DNA of 64,000 bases, taken from positions 42,131 through 106,130 of the forward strand of contig CABRNS010000003.1 of the NCBI GenBank assembly GCA_902472425.1, given 5' to 3'. A model generated the notes under the pieces. That model was not told where the DNA came from. It searched no databases and saw only the letters and a list, made by a program, of their open reading frames with translations. A program made the position numbers and the translations under genes. The DNA is from an uncultured Bacteroides sp. (GTDB taxonomy: Bacteria; Bacteroidota; Bacteroidia; Bacteroidales; UBA932). This document shows positions 59,137-64,000 of the stretch, piece after piece. Numbering within the stretch: position 1 is the first letter of the stretch; every line of letters starts with the position of its first letter.

Positions 59137-60758
59137 TATTTGATATCTGTAAGTCCGTAGAGCTCTTTCACATCGTCATTGTTGTATCTGATGTAACATT
59201 TGTTGTCAAATATCATCGTGGCCTGCTTGTCGGATGTGAAAGGAATCCACTCCGGAAGGCCTTTGGTATTAGGGTTTCCTGTCTTGACGAAAGAAATCCA
59301 TGCTGAACTCATCAGGTCCTCCAATATGTGCGCTTCAGGAGTATTTCCTGTCATTTCGCTCTGAAGCATGACATTATTCATCATGAAAGGCAGTTCCATG
59401 CCATGTGAGGCGCCAAGATAGTTTGTTTCAGGCTTCCATGTGAAGAGATATGAATATACTGGAGCTCCGTTCTGGTCGCTTTTAAGGCATGACTGTCTTA
59501 TGGCTGAGGCTGTGAACATGAGATCAATGGATACCATCTCGCGAGGCGTTTTGTCCGGGTAGACTCTCTTGAATGTCTCAATGTATTTTTCCGTACCATT
59601 TCCGTATTTCTTGGTAAGAATTTCAATGGCTTCCTGCTCTGTGAGCGGAGTATTCTCAAACGAGAACTCATTGAAGTCTGTTCCAATGATGACAGGGATG
59701 TCCTTGCTGATTTCCGGAGCTGTTGGGGCAAAAGGATGACGAGGGAGGATGACTCCGTCCACAACAGGAGAGCCAAGAAGTCTAAGTCCGGAAATAGGGC
59801 TGTCTGCCACTTTATTTGACCTCTCGTATGCGGCGAGCAGTTCCTCGTAGGTGTACTGCTTTGCTTTTTCTGGATTGGCTGCGGTCAACCCGAGTTCTTT
59901 AGCGAATCTTAGACCTGCAGGACGAGTTGTCTCTGGAAGAGATTGTTTTATTGTAGATCCACTCTGTATAATGGCTTTATGGAAGAGTCCGTGGGCTGAC
60001 GGCATGGCTAAAAGGGTGCTCACTTTTCCGCCGCCTCCCGATTGTCCGGCAATAGTTACATTGGATGGGTCGCCTCCGAAATACTCGATGTTGTCCCTGA
60101 CCCACTCAAGGGCTTTGACAATGTCCTGAAGTCCAAGGTTTACGGAGTTCTCGAAGCATCCTCCGAGCCCTGAAAGATCGACGAAACCGAGTAGGTTCAG
60201 TCGATGGTTGAGTGTGATGGTGACTATGTCGCCTTTTTCTGCAAGTGCGCGTCCTTCATAGCAAGGAAGATCATGCCCTGAACCTGTAGAATATCCTCCT
60301 CCATGTATCCATACGAATACAGGACGTTTTTTCCCATCATTAAGTCCTTTGGTCCACACATTCAGAACAAGGCATCCTTCTTCGTCCATTGGTTCCCTGA
60401 CAAACTGGTTGCCGAACGCATAATCGGTCTGTTGGTTGCCTGGCCAGTCGAAAGTCTGACTCTGCGGTGCTTTCGGTCCGTAGAGACGACATTTCAGTAT
60501 TCCTTCATGCTTGTCTGGTGCTACAGGTGGCATAAATCTTTCGGCCTTGGCATATTGAATTCCTTTGAATGTAAATATGTCTCCGTCTTTGTAGCCCTGT
60601 ACATCACCATATTTGGTATGTGTGATAGTGGTTTGGTCGGTGACGCACACTCTGTCGTAAGGGTTCTGCACCGTCATTTGTCCAATTTCTCTTTTGGAGA
60701 TATTTGTGCATGATGCGATGATGGCAACGCTTGCCAATAAATAAATGGATTTGTTCAT
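59136..60758 (-). CDS. type-B carboxylesterase/lipase-family esterase, secreted
   Basis: 540 aa, signal peptide; nucleophile elbow GQSGGGG, oxyanion HGGG (VWIHGGGYSTGSG); stop overlaps the GH54 gene start by 1 nt. Confidence 0.8.
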   Translation of the reverse strand: MNKSIYLLASVAIIASCTNISKREIGQMTVQNPYDRVCVTDQTTITHTKYGDVQGYKDGDIFTFKGIQYAKAERFMPPVAPDKHEGILKCRLYGPKAPQSQTFDWPGNQQTDYAFGNQFVREPMDEEGCLVLNVWTKGLNDGKKRPVFVWIHGGGYSTGSGHDLPCYEGRALAEKGDIVTITLNHRLNLLGFVDLSGLGGCFENSVNLGLQDIVKALEWVRDNIEYFGGDPSNVTIAGQSGGGGKVSTLLAMPSAHGLFHKAIIQSGSTIKQSLPETTRPAGLRFAKELGLTAANPEKAKQYTYEELLAAYERSNKVADSPISGLRLLGSPVVDGVILPRHPFAPTAPEISKDIPVIIGTDFNEFSFENTPLTEQEAIEILTKKYGNGTEKYIETFKRVYPDKTPREMVSIDLMFTASAIRQSCLKSDQNGAPVYSYLFTWKPETNYLGASHGMELPFMMNNVMLQSEMTGNTPEAHILEDLMSSAWISFVKTGNPNTKGLPEWIPFTSDKQATMIFDNKCYIRYNNDDVKELYGLTDIK

Positions 60759-61016
60759 TTGTTTTAATTTTGATTACCAATTACGTTATATTCCATGTAC
60801 CACATGGTGACAAATTTAAATATTTATATGTTTTTTGCAGGTAAAATTTTTCTGTTTGGGTGTTTTATTTTGTGTTGAATAAAATAAATGATTATTCCAC
60901 TTCTTAGGTAAAATAATACACTGCAAAAAATCAAACACTTTGTACCTTGCGACCGTATTCCTGACCACACATCATAGAGAGAATACTCAAGTATGTTTAA
61001 AAAACAGTAAAACAAA

Positions 61017-64000
61017 ATGCCCAATTTATCATTTAAATCAAATGTACTTAGGACACTTATAGTAGTGGCCTTGTTTACATTTTCTGCGTTTGCGTCCAAT
61101 GCGCAAGGTGTACGAGGTGTCGTAACGGATCCGGCCGGACTTCCTGTTATCGGTGCTTCTGTATTTGAAAAAGGTACCGGCAATGGTACTGTAACGGATG
61201 AGAATGGATTATATAACCTCTCGAAACTTACTTCCAGTTCCGCTGTTCTCCGATTCTCTTGTATAGGATATGTCTCCAAGGATGTTACACTCAACGGCAA
61301 GGCCGTGGTAGATGTTGTTCTTGAAGAAGACAATGAGGTTCTTGATGATGCAATTGCTATCGGATATGGTACTGTCAAGAAGAGAGATCTTACCGGTGCA
61401 GTGTCTGTAGTGAAACCGGAGGATTTCAAGAATAAGAATAATGGTTCCATCGGTGATATTCTTCAAGGTGCTGCGGCTGGCGTGAGTGTGCGCTCTACTG
61501 GAGAGATTGGAGGTACTCCTTCGATTCAGATTCGCGGAACCGGTAACCTGACCAACAATGACCCTTTGTATGTGATCGATGGTTTGCCTACTTCCAATGA
61601 TATTAATTTCAATGTTAACGATATTGAGTCTATCCAGATCCTCAAAGATGCTTCTGCGGCTGCAATCTATGGCTCAAGAGCTGCGAACGGTGTGGTAATC
61701 ATCACCACCAAGAGCGGAAAGGACGGTAAGACGAAATTTGAGTTTAACTCACAGGTTTCTGTGTCTCAGTTGAAAAGGCTCAAGATGGCAAATGCAGCCG
61801 AGTGGAAGGCATACTACGATGAGGCCTTTGATAATGCTATTGCCGAGGGAATTGAAGGCGTGACTAGCAGAATGGACCACTGGGACAATGATACCGACTG
61901 GCAGTCTGCATATTTTAAGACCGGTGTTACTCAGAACTATGACTTGAGCATGTCCGGAGGAAGCAAGACCGGAAATTATCGTACCTCGTTCAACTATATG
62001 AATGATACAGGTACTACCATCAACCGTTTAATGGAGCGTTACACTTTCCGTGTGAACACAAGCAGTAAACTCGGTATTTTTACGGTTGGTGAGAATATGC
62101 TTTTCGGAAGCACTTATGTAAGGAACGCTGGAGGCGGTGCTGTTCGAAAGCTGGGCGGTTCCATCGCAGATGTGGTCAGAATGATTCCGACCATTCCGGT
62201 ATATGACCCGGTGAACGGCAACGAGGGTGGTTACGGTATCGGTGATGAAATACATGCGAGAGCTCTTGGTGCCAACCCGGTGGCTCAGTCTAACAACAGG
62301 GACAGGAGTTCGGAAACGCTTTTCATCAGGGGAACAGCATTTGCCGAAGCCAATATCTTTCCATGGCTGAAATACAAACTTAATGTAGGTCTTGATATCT
62401 CTGATAATATTGTAAACTCATGGACATCAGGATATACCGTTGCCCTTAACTCTGCCTCAGGATCAAGTTCGGCTACGGCTTCCCACTCACGAAACAATAC
62501 TTTACTTGTAGAGAATACGCTTTCTTTCGACAAGGAATTTGGAAAGAATAAAGTAAATGCAATAGTCGGTACTACATACCAGCACACCAATTTCCAGACA
62601 AGCAGTGCTACACAGCAGAACCTGATAACTACTGCCAGCGGTGAGTTCCTTACCACTGTATCTGCCGGAACCTCAAATGCGTCCGCTTCAGGAAACCGAT
62701 ATGAGGCTGCACTTATTTCATACCTCGGACGTTTGAACTACGACTTTGATGGCAAATATCTTTTCTCTGCAACCGGACGTATGGATGGTTCTTCAAGATT
62801 TGCAGCTGGATATCGCTGGGGTTTCTTCCCGTCAGTGTCTGCTGCATGGCGAATCAGCAAAGAGAAATTCTTCAATGTCGGCTGGGTCGATGATCTGAAG
62901 ATTCGTGCAAACTGGGGAAATCTCGGTAGTCAGAATGTAGGTTATTATGATTACCAGATGTATATCAACAACTACGCCCAGTATTTGTTCAGCGGTGGAC
63001 AGGGAGATATTACTCATGGTCAGACTATGGTGAAACTCTCTAACCAAAATCTTACCTGGGAAAGACTTGAACAGATAAATGCCGGTGTGGACCTTTCTGT
63101 TCTCAACAACAGATTACAGATGAGCGCCGAGTACTTCAATTCTACTTCTCATGATGTGCTTACCGCACTCAATCTTCTTGGTACAACCGGTAATGGCGGT
63201 GGAAACCCTTTTGTCAATGCTGCTTCCATCCGCAACAGCGGTTTTGAGTTCAATGTTACATGGAGAGACCAGCCTAACAAGGACTTCTCGTACTCTGTAT
63301 CTGCCAACTTGAGCCATACTGCCAACAAACTTCTTGGTTTCGGCTACGGAAAGACAGAACAATACACTGACTATACCACAACGAGAGTCGGCGATCCTAT
63401 AGGTATGTTCTATATGATCAAGACTTTAGGTATCTTCCAGTCTCAAGAAGAGGTTGATAGTTATGTCGGAGCAAACGGAAAACCTATCCAGCCAAACGCC
63501 AAGCCTGGTGATCTCAAGTATGCAGATGCCAACAATGACGGTGTCATCACTACGGATGACCGTGTTGTCGCCGGCAACCCGTGGGCAAAGCTTGAAGCCG
63601 GCATCAACTTCTCGGCCAGCTATAAGAATTGGGACTTTGGTCTCATTGGATTCGGAAAATTCGGTAATAAAGCTTTCAACTTCAACCGTTGGTACATGGA
63701 AGGCTTCCAGGACTGCAATGGTGCTCCGAAGAACTATGACTACTGGAGACCGGACAACAAGGGAGCGAAGAATCCGAGACTGCTTTACGGTGACGAGAGA
63801 AATGTATATACCTATATTGACAGATGGCTTGAAGATGGATCATTCTTTAAAATCAGTTCAATTTCAGTAGGATATACTCTTAAAGTCCCTGCACTGCAGA
63901 AGTATTTCGAAAGCATTCACTTTACCCTTACAGGTCAGAATCTGATCACATTCACCAAGTATAGCGGATATGACCCTGACTTCCAGGGAACCCTATTTGA
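61017..64000 (+). CDS. SusC/RagA-family TonB-dependent outer-membrane transporter, 3' end beyond window
   Basis: Signal peptide, carboxypeptidase-regulatory-like N-domain (GVVTDPAGLPVIGASV), TonB box/plug (DAIAIGYGTVKKRDLTGAVS), SusC signature stretch; not in the ORF track because there is no stop within the window. Confidence 0.85.
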   Translation, partial: MPNLSFKSNVLRTLIVVALFTFSAFASNAQGVRGVVTDPAGLPVIGASVFEKGTGNGTVTDENGLYNLSKLTSSSAVLRFSCIGYVSKDVTLNGKAVVDVVLEEDNEVLDDAIAIGYGTVKKRDLTGAVSVVKPEDFKNKNNGSIGDILQGAAAGVSVRSTGEIGGTPSIQIRGTGNLTNNDPLYVIDGLPTSNDINFNVNDIESIQILKDASAAAIYGSRAANGVVIITTKSGKDGKTKFEFNSQVSVSQLKRLKMANAAEWKAYYDEAFDNAIAEGIEGVTSRMDHWDNDTDWQSAYFKTGVTQNYDLSMSGGSKTGNYRTSFNYMNDTGTTINRLMERYTFRVNTSSKLGIFTVGENMLFGSTYVRNAGGGAVRKLGGSIADVVRMIPTIPVYDPVNGNEGGYGIGDEIHARALGANPVAQSNNRDRSSETLFIRGTAFAEANIFPWLKYKLNVGLDISDNIVNSWTSGYTVALNSASGSSSATASHSRNNTLLVENTLSFDKEFGKNKVNAIVGTTYQHTNFQTSSATQQNLITTASGEFLTTVSAGTSNASASGNRYEAALISYLGRLNYDFDGKYLFSATGRMDGSSRFAAGYRWGFFPSVSAAWRISKEKFFNVGWVDDLKIRANWGNLGSQNVGYYDYQMYINNYAQYLFSGGQGDITHGQTMVKLSNQNLTWERLEQINAGVDLSVLNNRLQMSAEYFNSTSHDVLTALNLLGTTGNGGGNPFVNAASIRNSGFEFNVTWRDQPNKDFSYSVSANLSHTANKLLGFGYGKTEQYTDYTTTRVGDPIGMFYMIKTLGIFQSQEEVDSYVGANGKPIQPNAKPGDLKYADANNDGVITTDDRVVAGNPWAKLEAGINFSASYKNWDFGLIGFGKFGNKAFNFNRWYMEGFQDCNGAPKNYDYWRPDNKGAKNPRLLYGDERNVYTYIDRWLEDGSFFKISSISVGYTLKVPALQKYFESIHFTLTGQNLITFTKYSGYDPDFQGTLF

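Noticed and set aside
1-64000. CRISPR arrays, integrases, transposases, toxin-antitoxin pairs
   Set aside because: No regularly spaced direct repeats, no recombinase-like ORFs, and the Fic protein is a class-II (self-inhibited) type rather than a FicT/FicA pair; nothing supports calling a mobile element or defence system from sequence alone.

Overview
Dense Bacteroidales-type chromosomal window (about 50% GC, TAnnTTTG -7 promoter boxes, a SusC/RagA gene, long Bacteroidetes-style NusB, 286-aa primary sigma factor). It holds about 60 protein genes with almost no intergenic space, two tRNAs (Thr-CGT, Phe-GAA) and an RNase P RNA. Most of it is housekeeping: MTA/SAH salvage, nusB-yajC-ybbR-coaE, rimO, dnaN plus a DEDD exonuclease, htrA, rpoD-argS-ygiQ, tex, ffh and a porin-potABCD operon. 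The more accessory-looking parts are: (i) a tightly coupled four-gene membrane-lipid operon (CDP-alcohol phosphatidyltransferase, PLD-type cardiolipin synthase, UbiA-family prenyltransferase, SPASM-type radical SAM) whose combined function I cannot assign; (ii) an N-/O-acyltransferase pair like the Bacteroides glycine-lipid genes glsA/glsB, whose 3' end overlaps the antisense RNase P RNA; (iii) a long minus-strand operon linking an S9 peptidase, a secreted hypothetical, a CDF metal exporter and a META-domain lipoprotein with a Cys/His tail; (iv) a YtrA-like ABC/GntR/DUF2807 module; and (v) downstream of tRNA-Phe and a class-II Fic gene, a polysaccharide-utilisation-like locus encoding a 1047-aa secreted protein that fuses a fungal-type GH54 alpha-L-arabinofuranosidase domain to lamin-tail-like and repeat domains, co-transcribed with a type-B carboxylesterase and divergent from a SusC transporter. 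No CRISPR array, integrase or transposase was seen. All calls are from reading the sequence and from recalled family signatures; no database search was possible.
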